Positions 12,599 to 22,469 of a DNA stretch of 64,000 bases are shown here, in pieces. The translations under genes were made by a program, and so were the position numbers. Position 1 is the first letter of the stretch. Each line of letters begins with the position of its first letter. The notes below the pieces were generated by a model that saw only the letters and a program-made list of their open reading frames with translations, made no database searches and was not told the origin of the DNA. Source of the DNA: Centroscyllium fabricii (taxonomy: Eukaryota); assembly GCA_051313645.2 (NCBI GenBank), contig JBNRSN020000118.1, positions 930,001 through 994,000 of the forward strand, in the 5' to 3' direction.

Positions 12599-13167
12599 GT
12601 TGAGGGAGGGAATTCCAGAGCTTAGGGCCGAGGCAACAGAAGGCACGACCACCAAAGGTTGAGCGATTATAATCAGGGATGCTCAAGAGGGCAGAATTAG
12701 AGGAACAGAGATACCTCGGGTGGGGGGGGGGGGGTGGGGGGGCGGGGTTGTAGAGCAGGAGGAGATTACAGAGATAGGGAGGGGCGAGGCCCGAGGCCAT
12801 GGAGGGATTTCAAAACAAGGATATGAATTTTAAAGTTGAGGAGTTGCTTAATGGGGAACCAATGTCGGCCAACGAACAGGACTTGCTGCCAGTTTAAAAA
12901 TTTGTCTTTTAATTTTCTTTGAACACTCCTTTATTAGTTATAAAAATATTGGAGATGAGGGAAAAGGCTGTTGACCAGCAGTCAATCATCATCCAGTTGG
13001 GTAATTAAGAGTCTGTTTGTTCACAATTGGCCGTGGGATGGTGCCGCCTTGTGAGGATGGACAAGTCGGGCGACCAATGGCAGGAGTGTAGGGGCGGGGC
13101 AGTTGGAGGTGGGAGGTCATGGGTTGAAAACCTCCAGGAATATATCCAACTAGAATTGGCCCCCCTA

Positions 13168-13548
13168 CATAGGAATGGGGGAGGCTATTCCGACATTCGA
13201 GCCATTCCATTAGATCAGGGCTGTTCTGTATCTTAACTCCATCTACCCGCCTTGGTTCCGTAACCCTAACAAAAATCGATCAATCTCAGTTTTGAAAGTT
13301 TTAATTGACCCCCAGCCTCAACAGCATTTTGGGGGAGAGAGTTCCAGATTTTCACTGCCCTTTGTGTGAAGAGGTGCTTCCTGACATCATCCCTGAACGG
13401 CCTGGTGCTAATTTTAGGGTTACACCCTCTTGTTCTGGGCTTCCCACCAAGGGACATAGTTTCTCTCTATCTATCTTATCAAATCCTTCAATCATCTTAA
13501 TCACCTCAATTAGATCTTCTCTTAATTTTCTATACTCAAGAGAATAAA
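13168..13548 (-). mobile_element. Old CR1 3' fragment
   Basis: Minus-strand peptide TRGCNPKISTRPFRDDVRKHLFTQRAVKIWNSLP and a degenerate CR1 3' UTR. Confidence 0.75.
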
Positions 13549-13795
13549 TGTGATGTGGAGGTGCCGGTGTTGGACTGGGGTGGACAAATGCAAGAAGTCA
13601 AACAACACCAGGTTATAGTCCAACAGTTTTATTTGAAATCACAAGCTTTCAGAGCGCTGCTCCTTCCTCAGGTGTAAGAGAAATTCATTTAAACACAGCA
13701 TATATACGAGGGAGAGAGCAGTGTAATCTTTCCAACATCCAACATGATTTCAAATAAAACTGTTGGACTATAACCTGGTGTTGTGTGACTTCTTG
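13549..13795. mobile_element. Penelope-like non-autonomous insertion with inverted terminal (pLTR-like) repeat
   Basis: About 53-bp inverted repeat (about 13589-13641 vs 13745-13797), 12-bp duplication CAAGAGAATAAA (13537-13548 and 13796-13807), and a hammerhead motif. Confidence 0.7.
13640..13674 (-). ncRNA. Minimal type I hammerhead ribozyme motif
   Basis: Minus strand reads CAC CTGAGGA A GGAGC AGC GCTCT GAAAGCTT GTG: CUGANGA/GAAA core, stem II, 3-bp stem I and palindromic stem III. Confidence 0.65.
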
Positions 13796-14492
13796 CAAGA
13801 GAATAAAAGCCTACATTGGACAGAAATACCTTAGGGAGGGGCAAGGGGTCTTGTTTCCTGAGTTTAATTATTAACTCTGGTCCTATAAAGGGCTGCAACC
13901 CATCTTATCCACATTCCCACAGAATAGAGCAGGGTAACTCGCTGTGGAAACTCCAATATATTTACCTGCCTTACCTCTCTCAGATGATGACTGCTTTTGT
14001 ACTTCCAGCACTCGTGTGTTGTGCGGGGTGAGTATTGTTTCGCTAATGGTTAGGTGAGGGAAAGTGTCAAAAATTAATCTGCAACTTTAAGGAGCCCATT
14101 GGCACATTCATTTGTCTTCAGGAATGGAAACAGGTCTGGTTCACTGCCAATCAATGCCGCAACCATATTTTATCTCGAGTTACATTCTCAGGAGAGAATT
14201 TACCAGAGATTCATAATGCTTCCATCTTAAATTCTTTTCGCACTGTTTCTAAACCAGTTCTCTTTCCACAAACCAGCACTCAGTCTGAAAATCCTTTGTA
14301 CCTGAGACTCTAGAAAACTTGTCCATTTAGACAGGAAGTGCTAGATTGAGCCTATCAAAGAGCTGTTTATATCAGGCACCGCTGAAACTTTCAGGTTCCA
14401 AAACAAGAAACTGAAAGTTCAAATTTGGACCCAAGTCCATCGCAAGTGTATTTTCTTCATAGTGAGACTGATGTCACTGTTGCCATGGATAG

Positions 14493-14920
14493 GTGTCAGC
14501 CATGGCTCGCTTCTGTAAATCAGAAGGTTGTGAGTTCAAGTCCCGCTCCAAAGACTTGAACACAAAATCTAAGCTCCACTCCACTCCAGTGCTGTGCTGA
14601 GGGAGTATTACATTGCTGAAGGTGCCATCTTTCAGATGTAGACATTAAACCAATTCTGTCCTCTCAGATGGATGGCACTATTCGAAGAAGAGGACTTTTC
14701 CCTGGTGTCCTGGCCAATATTTATCACTCAACCAATATCACTAAAAACAGATTATCTGGTCATTATCACATTGCTGTTGGTGGGATCTTGCTGTCTGCAA
14801 ATTGGCTGCTGCATTTCCTACATTACAACAGTGACTACACATCAGTAAGTACTTCATTAGCTGTGAAGTGCTTTGGGATGTCCTGAGGTTGTAAACGGTG
14901 CATAAATGTAAGTTCCTTCT
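14493..14920 (+). mobile_element. Deu-domain SINE (SacSINE1-like)
   Basis: Degenerate tRNA head (GAGTTCAAGTCCC), Deu-like core (GGCACTATTCGAAGAAGAG...CCCTGGTGTCCTGGCCAATATT...CATTGCTGTTGGTGGGATCTTGCTGT) and L2-like tail (GTGAAGTGCTTTGGGATGTCCTGAGG). Confidence 0.75.
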
Positions 14921-15047
14921 TTTATTGACAGGACCTCTCTGCTGGCATCTGTTTCTGGAGTCAAGGCAGATAGACTTCAAGGTATAAAAACAGCAAATGC
15001 TGGAAATACTCAGCAGGTCAGGCAGCATCTGTGGAGAGAGAAACAGA

Positions 15048-15082
15048 GTTAACGTTTCAGGTCGATGACCCTTCGTCAGAAC
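15048..15082 (-). ncRNA. Minimal type I hammerhead ribozyme motif
   Basis: Minus strand reads GTT CTGACGA A GGGTC ATC GACCT GAAACGTT AAC. A degenerate plus-strand copy (CTGATAA...GAAACGTT) lies at 15082-15110. Confidence 0.7.
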
Positions 15083-15110
15083 TGATAAAAGGCCATTGAG
15101 CTGAAACGTT

Positions 15111-15980
15111 GGGGGTAATTTTTAAAAGGTGTGGGAAGCTGTCGGGTTTTGGGCAGGTCAGCTTTCTGTCCCGCCCACCCAAGGACCTGGGAGGCCCGAG
15201 CGATTTTGGCTCAAGTCGCCAATTAAACCCCCGCCGGTCTGCTGGGCTTCCAATACACACTATTGGGCGGGAACTCAGCCCTTTTCATTCACAGTTTGAG
15301 TGGGGCAGGCTGTTGATTGACAGGCCTGAATAGTCAGTGCTCAAGTGGTTCCTTTGTGTCCATGTTGACATAGACTTTGTGAGTCACATTATGAAAGGGA
15401 ACACTAAAACCACAAAAGAAACAGTTGAACTCACTCACTGTTTGTTGGTGGTTTCAATGGAATGTAAACAGAAACTGATGCCCTGGGTGATTGACAGCTT
15501 GGCTCACAGACAGCGCAGCATGCCGATCTCTATATGAATAGAAGGGATTTAAAGCTGAGTGATTTCTATGTTTTGTGGCTCTGAAGTTTATCACCCTTGG
15601 GTGGCAGCTGCACCTCCAGCATGGTGGAGGCTAGAAAGCTGCTGTGTGGGTGCTGTGCCCATGCCTTGAAGGTGGCAGACACCCAGCCGACTGGGTGTCC
15701 ACCACCTTTTTTACGGCGGGGTTACCACCTGGTGGGTTGTGGGTGGGAAGAGGGTCAAAATAGCTGAGGGCCTTTAAAATATGATTACCCATCCAATTAA
15801 GGGCCCTCAACGACCTCAATCTGCATCCCCACCGGCGGGAAACATTCGGGGCGGCAAAACCCGCCCGAGGAAAATCTGAAATCGGCGGGGATCTGGCGGG
15901 GTGGCTTCCCGCCCACCGGATTTGCGATTTTACCCCCACCCCACCAGAACCCCGCACTCACGGCCCTCCGAAAATCCCCC
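15111..15980. mobile_element. Non-autonomous DNA transposon (PIF/Harbinger-like)
   Basis: Ends GGGGGTAATTTT / AAAATCCCCC, (C)GTT duplicated at 15107-15110 and 15981-15984, GC-rich subterminal motifs (CCCGCCCA / TGGGCGGG). Confidence 0.6.
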
Positions 15981-16253
15981 CGTTAACTCTGTTTCTCTCT
16001 CCACAGATGCTGCCTGACCTGCTGAGTATTTCCAACATTTTCTGTTTTTATTACAGATTTCCAGCATCCCCTGTATTTTGCTTTTGTAACCTTCAAGGTA
16101 CACAGCTTAGGTGGCGGTAATCACACCTCTGTCTCAGGAAGTTGTGGGTTCAAGCTCTGCTTCAGGACTTGAGCCCATAATTTCGGCTGACTCTTCAGTG
16201 CCATACTGAGGGAGTGCTGCACTGTTGGAGGTGCTCCTTTGAAGGAGACATTA

Positions 16254-16690
16254 GAGCTGGGATCCTCCTCCCAGCGGTGTTGTTCTGGAGGAGTAAGATG
16301 TCTGCCCGCCCGCTGACATGGCGGGACCGCCCGTGCAGTACCGGAACAGCCAGGAACATTGTCAAAGCAGCAGAAGTGACCCGAAGATCCAACCAGACAT
16401 CCACCTGAGTCATTCATGGTCATTACCACTGTTGCCCTGTGCCTACCACTGTGGAGGCCTTGAGAATTGACAGTAACACAGGCGGTTGGAATGGAACTCC
16501 ACTGGGGACCCAGACCCACCCTCCTACCGCCATTTACATGTAATGGGCAGCGAGAGCCAGCAGTGATCCCAGCGGGGAAAGGACACACAGGTTGGGCCGT
16601 GAGGCAGCAGGAGGCCTCACCATCTGAATTTTCCCTCAACAGCTGCTTTCTCACCTGAGTTTGGGCGGGTTCATGGAAGAGAATCCGGCC
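16254..16690. mobile_element. PIF/Harbinger-type MITE
   Basis: TTA duplication at 16251-16253 and 16691-16693. Imperfect inverted ends GAGCTGGGATCCTCCTCC / GGAAGAGAATCCGGCC. Confidence 0.6.
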
Positions 16691-16924
16691 TTAGGCCTCA
16701 TCTGGTGGCTCAGATATTAATAAGCCTAAAACGCATTGGAATTGTTGGTAGAGTTACGGACATGCAGCAAGCTACATGCCAAATGTCAGCCAATGTGCCA
16801 ATGTATTCCTTCGTAGGTAATCATTGTGGAGCGACTTCAAAAAGGTGGATATATCTTCTTGAATATCTAAATAAAATAAAAAATCCCATGGCAGAAGGAA
16901 GTTCTCCTGGTACCTTGGGCAACA

Positions 16925-17696
16925 TTTGCGGCACACAAGTGCCAGGCAATGACTATCTCCAACAAGCAAGAGTCTAACCACCACCCCTTGACATTCAACT
17001 GCATTACCGTCGCCGAATCCCCCACCATCAACATCACCATTGAGCAGAAACTTAACTGGACCAGCCATATAAATACTGTGGCTACAAGAGCAGGTCAGAG
17101 GCTAGGTATTCTACAGCGAGTGTCTCACCTCCTGACTCCCCAAAGCCTTTCCACCATCTACAAGGCACAAGTCAGGAGTGTGATGGAATACTCTCCACTT
17201 GCCTGGATGAGTGCAGCTCCAATAACACTCAAGAAGCTCAACATCATCCAGGACAAAGCAGCCTGATTGCTTGGCACCCTATCCACCAGCTTAAATATTC
17301 ACTCCCTCCACCACCGGTGTACCGTGGCTGCAGTGTGTACCATCTACAAGATGCACTGCAGCAACTCGCCAAGGCTCCTTCGGCAGCACCTCCCAAACCC
17401 ACGACCTCTTCCACCTAGAACAAGGGCAGCAGACGCATAGGAACACCACCACCTCCACATTTCCCTCCAGGTCACACTTCATCCTGACTTGGAAGTAAAT
17501 CACCGTTCCTTCATCGTCGCTGGGTGAAAATCCTGGAACTCCATACCTAACAGCACTGTGGGAATACCTTCACCACACGGACTGCAGCGGTTCAAGAAGG
17601 CGGCTCACCACCACCTTCTCAAGGGCAATTAGGAATGGGCAATAAATGCTGGCCTTGCCAACAATGCCCACATCCCAGGAATGAATAAATAAAAAA
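16925..17696 (+). mobile_element. 5'-truncated CR1/L2-group LINE 3' portion
   Basis: Peptide KLNWTSHINTVATRAGQRLGILQRVSHLLTPQSLSTIYKAQVRSVMEYSPLAW (C-terminal to RT) and an A-rich tail at about 17685-17696. Confidence 0.8.
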
Positions 17697-18242
17697 CATT
17701 CTTCCCGCAATCAACACCACCAAAAACGAATTGACTGGTCATTCATCTCATTGCTGCTTGTGGCATCCTGCTGTGCACAAAATAGCTGCCATATTACAAC
17801 AGTGACTGCATTGAAAATAAATTCTTTGTATCTGACGCACTATTTGTGAGACACGTGATGTGACTTTTTTTGGTCATGCATGGAGCTGTGTTTAAGAGAC
17901 TCCAAATCAAACAACTGTGGCGGCACACCAAGACTGGCGAATCAGCCTCGGGAGTCTGCGGGGCATAGCCCCGCCCACTGGGTGACGCGATGGCATCACC
18001 ACGTCTCTCGGCGTGATGAGGTCACTAAGCGGGCAGTTTAAATAAGCCTGCTCCTCGTGGTTCAGTCTCTTTCTTGTCTAGTAATGTAATTAAACGAGTG
18101 TTATCTGCCTCTCTGGCTCCTGTGTGGTTCTTGGGTCCTGCAAGCGCTACAGTGGTGACCCCGATTTGGAATGACTTCCAAGGAGAAAACAGCAGCTACA
18201 GGACTAAAAACCAAGCAGCCTCAGAACACTTTAAAAAGCAAC

Positions 18243-20841
18243 ATGTCTTCAAGGAACCAAGCTTCTCGAACACATGGACTTGGCAAGAACTTCAGGCACA
18301 GACTAACCCTACCGGAGTTCTGGGAGCAACGCCCGGCAGCCTGGTTCATGTGCATAGAGACCAGCTGCCGCACACATGGCATCCAGGGGGATGACCGCTA
18401 TGACCTGGTCTTTTCGGCCCTACCGCAATCGACGATCGATCGGATGTGGTCGAAGCTACAACGCATGCCCGCAGCAGGCAGGTATGAGTTCCTCAAGGCC
18501 GCGCTTCTTAAAATTTTTACCCCCGCCCAATTCAAGCGCGACTGCCAGCTCCTTACCCTCCCCGAACTCGGGGACGCAGACCCATCGGACCTTTGGGGAC
18601 AAATGCAAGCGCTCACCGCCGATCCCGCCTCCCTGTTCCGCACCATATTCCTCCTTAAACTACCTCGCTACATCAGACCGGCCCTGGCGGCCCTCTGCCA
18701 CCGGAGCGGGGACGAGCTAGCCGAGGAAGCCGACAGGCTCATGGCGGCCGAGCACACCCGCTCCACCACGTGCGACCTTAATGCCGCAGCTATCGAGCAC
18801 AACCACTCACCCCCCAGGTACAACCCAACGCCCAAACCCAGGCCCCCGCACCCGCCCAGGCAAACGCGTCCATCAAGCACCGGCTGGTGCTACTACCACA
18901 CGCGGTTCGACTCTAAAGCGCACCGCTGCGTACAGCCCTGTACATTCAAGCCACGGCCCGGCCCAGCCCCCACTATGTCTGTAGGACACACCGGAGCACT
19001 GCTCTACATCACAGACAGCGGCACAGGCCTCCGGTTACTCTGCGATGCAGGCGCACAGCACAGCATCGTTCCAGCTTCCCCAGCAGAAGCCAAAAAAGGC
19101 ACCAGGGGCCCGCCACTCGCAGCGGCCAACGGCTCTGATATTAAGACGTACGGCACCCGCAAGCTCACAATCAAGCTTGCCGGCCACACGTATCACTGGG
19201 ACTTTGTCACGGCCCAGGTCACTTCACCCCTCCTCGGGGCAGATTTCCTCTGCGCCCACAGCCTCCTGGTTGACATGACCCGGCGCCACCTGGTCGACAT
19301 TCACAACATGTCGACCATCCCATGCTCCACATGGCCCGCACTCCTGGCCCACGCGGTGGCACAATGCCGCGCCCGGAACTCTGACGCATATGGCACGCTC
19401 CTCGCAGAGTTCCCAACCCTTACCAACCCCACCTTCACCGCTCGCACGGCCAAACACGGGGTGGAACATTTTATCACCACCTCCGGCCCTCCCGTGCATG
19501 CCCACGCCCGCAGGCTGGACCCGGCCAAGCTGGAGATTGCGCGCACCGAGTTCCGCACCATGGAGCAACTCGGCATAATCCGCCGCTCCAACAGCCCCTG
19601 GGCCTCTCCCCTCCACATCGCCCCCAAGCCGGGCGGAGGCTGGCGCCCCTGCGGCGACTACCGCCACCTCAACAACGCCACTACCCGGGATAGGTACCCC
19701 GTACCCCACATCCAGGATTTCTCCGCCAGGATAGCAGGCTGCACGATCTTCTCTAAGATCAACCTGGTGCGTGGCTACCACCAGGTCCCGGTGCACCCGG
19801 CGGATGTCCCCAAGACAGCAATAATTACCCCCTTCGGCCTCTTCGAGTTCCTTAGGATGCCCTTCGGACTCAAAAACGCAGCCCAGGCCTTTCAGCGCCT
19901 AACGGACTCGGTCCTACGGGACTTGCAGTTCATTTTCGTCTACTTGGACGACATCCTCATGGCCAGCACCTCCCCCCAGGTGCACCTCCTGCACCTCAAG
20001 ACCCTGTTCCAGCGCCTGACCGAACACGGCCTCATATTAAGCCCCTCTAAATGCAAATTCGGCCTCGAGACCATAGACTTCCTCGGCCACCACATTTCCA
20101 AAACCGGGGCCATACCCCTGCCCTCCAAGGTGCAGGCAGTTCAGGAATTTCCCCGCCCGCACTCCATTAAGGGGCTGCAGGAATTCCTCAGGATGGTTAA
20201 TTTCTATAACCGCTTCATCCCAGGAGCAGCCGCTCTCATGGCCCCCCTATACCAGGCCACACGCGGGCAGTCCGGCAAAACTGCGGTCGAGTGGACGGCC
20301 GACGCCGCCACCGCCTTCACCGCAACCAAAACTGCCCTGGCCAATGCCACCCTCCTAGCCCACCCCAGGCCCAACGCCAGAGTGGCCCTCACCACTGACG
20401 CTGTCGGGGCCGTTTTTGAACAGTGGATCGGCAACTCTTGGCAGCCCCTGGCCTTTTTCAGCTGGCAACTTTGGCTCCCAGAGGTTAAGTACAGCGCCTT
20501 CGACAGGGAGCTCCTCGCTCTCTACCTCACAGTGCGCCATTTTCACTTCCTCCTGGAGAGCCGTCCCTTCACAGCTTTCGTCGATCACAAGCCGCTCATT
20601 TTCGCAATGGCTAAGATCGCCGAACCCTGGTCGGCCAGGCAGCAGCGCCAACTCGCAGCCATGTCGGAGTTCACTACCGACATCCAACATATCTCCGGCC
20701 GCAACAACGTGGTTGCTGACTGCCTGTCACGTCCTGCAATTAATGCCGCCCAAATGGCAGTCGATTACGCCAAGCTGGCAGCAGACCAGCTGGCTGACCC
20801 AGACCTGCTCGACCCAGCAGAAAACCTCCCTGGCCTACGCT
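18243..20841 (+). pseudogene. Element A gag-PR-RT-RNase H, single frame, cut by element B
   Basis: Gag C-X2-H-X9-C-X3-C motif ([19 protein letters not shown]), protease CDAGA (DTG in the paralogues), RT YLDD but KINL for KIDL, and a 12-bp deletion in RNase H. An upstream in-frame ATG lies at 18171. Confidence 0.9.
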
Positions 20842-21444
20842 TGTCATAGGTTGGCTCTTCCCCTTTAATTCATAGGTTGGCTCTTCCCCTTTAACTGGTT
20901 ATCACCTCGTTAGCTCTACTGCCCGCACCTGATTGAACAGCCCAGATTCACCAGTGATAATCAAGAGCTGTATATAAGCTCCTGCTTTCTAACTAGTGGT
21001 TGCCAGATCGTTTGTTCTTTCTGACTGTGATACCTGTGTGTAGTTCTAGCTCTCTGATCCTGCCTGTTCAAGATACTGACCTCTTTTCTGGAATTTGGAT
21101 TCTCTTCTGCCTGACCTCGTTTTTGGATTTGTCGCTCTCGTGGATGGACTACATGGTATTGAACTGTTTCTGGAATTTGGATTCTCTTCTGCCTGACCTC
21201 GTTTTGGATTTGTTGCTCTCGTGGACGGACTACATGGTATTGAACTGTTTTTGGTATTTGGATTCTCTTCTGCCTGACCTCTGTTTTGAACTTGTTGCCT
21301 CCGTGAACTTTCTGCCGATATATTGACCCACTGTTACCTATGTCTTCTACTGCTCAGAAATTAAGGAGTTTACTTCTACGTGGCTGTTTTGGTGTATTGC
21401 ATTTGGGCCCAACCTACAACCGTTACAGAACAATCTGGCCAGAA

Positions 21445-22413
21445 ATGGACCCAGCAGACACACCGGATCGTCTTGCACAGGTCGAGTGTGCCCTAAGGCA
21501 CCAGGGGCAGACCTTGGGGAAGCTATATGCTCAAGTGGAGCAGCTAACCGCCGCCCTGATCCAGCGGGCAGGTTCGGATCCGGCAGGGACCCCACCACCA
21601 CCAGTTCTGGCTCCAGCATTGGTGTCGGCACCCATGCCTCACCCACAAGGCCTCACACCCGAACCCCGGGTCGGGGTCCCGGAGCGTTATGCCAGTGAAC
21701 CTGAGGAATGCAATCCCTTCCTCACAAACTGTTCCATTCTTTTTGCATTGCAGCCCCACACCTTTGCCAATGAGGCAGCAAAGGTAGCCTTTGCTATTAA
21801 CCACTTTACAGGAAGAGCTCGCCTCTGGGGAACCGCCGAGTGGGAGAGAGAGACTCTGGCTTGCGCTTCCTTCCAGATGTTTGACATCGAATTAAGAAAG
21901 GTGTTCGGCATGGTGACCTACGGCTCCGAAGCAGCTCGGGGACTCATGAATCTGAGCCAGGGTAATCACACAGTGGCCGACTATTCCATAGATTTCCGAA
22001 TCAGAGCTCGTCAGAGTGATTGGAGCTCTGCTGCATTATGTGACGTTTTTCTCCATGGGCTTGCACAGTACATCAAGGATGAACTGGTCTCCTATGATCT
22101 CCCTTCCACCCTGGATGAACTAATTAGTCTTGCCACCAGGATTGACCTCCATATCCAGGCGCGTCGACGTGAGAGACGACTGGGAACGACAGGTCGACCT
22201 CCTCCGAAACGGTCTCAAGATATTTTCGTGGCACCCAGGTCTACTGCGACAGCAAGGTCACAGTCAGTGGGGCACGAACCGATGCAGTTGGGTCGCACCA
22301 GTCTCTCATTGGAGGAGCATGAATGACGCCGCCAGGGGAATCTCTGTCTGTACTGTGGCCAGGCCGGCCATTTTGTTTCCCGATGCCCAGCAAAAGGCTG
22401 GGCTCACCAGTAG
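21445..22413 (+). pseudogene. Element B gag with a premature TGA at 22324-22326
   Basis: MDPADT... retrotransposon gag. The CCHC knuckle CLYCGQAGHFVSRC lies after the stop; natural TAG at 22411-22413. Confidence 0.9.
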
Positions 22414-22469
22414 ATGGGGTCATACTGGTGAGCCGAACTCCTACAAGACTCTCTCCCAATCCATGACCC

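Larger units (their letters stand above)
11924..12870 (-). mobile_element. L2 LINE 3' fragment, interrupted at about 12105-12598
   Basis: Minus-strand L2 C-terminal motifs SLHGL..PPYLCNLL, RSTFGGRAFCCLGPKLWNSLP and LSSFKMVLKTYLFDQAF. L2-like tail CTATATAAATGCAAGATGTTGTTGT. Confidence 0.8.
11838..13167. mobile_element. Old non-autonomous DNA-transposon-like element split by an L2 insertion (pieces about 11838-11923 and 12893-13167)
   Basis: Degenerate inverted ends (GGGGGTGCCAAT... / ...AATTGGCCCCCCTA). CCTCCAGGA occurs near both ends. Internal CCAAT at 13074 and GC box at 13091-13100. Family recognised from memory only. Confidence 0.45.
14985..16090. mobile_element. Penelope-like inverted pLTR pair, interrupted by a DNA-transposon-like insert
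   Basis: 14985-15054 is inverted at about 15981-16051. 10-bp duplication CTTCAAGGTA at 14975-14984 and 16091-16100. Two opposed hammerhead motifs at the centre. Confidence 0.75.
16101..17870 (+). mobile_element. Second Deu-domain SINE split by two insertions (head about 16101-16253, tail about 17700-17870)
   Basis: The head resembles 14520-14650 and the tail resembles 14730-14860. Confidence 0.55.

Noticed and set aside
21000-21326. Hydrophobic 108-aa ORF as an env-like or accessory gene (also 26108-26429)
   Set aside because: It lies within the LTR tandem repeats, and the frame is broken by a 5-bp indel in the other LTR.
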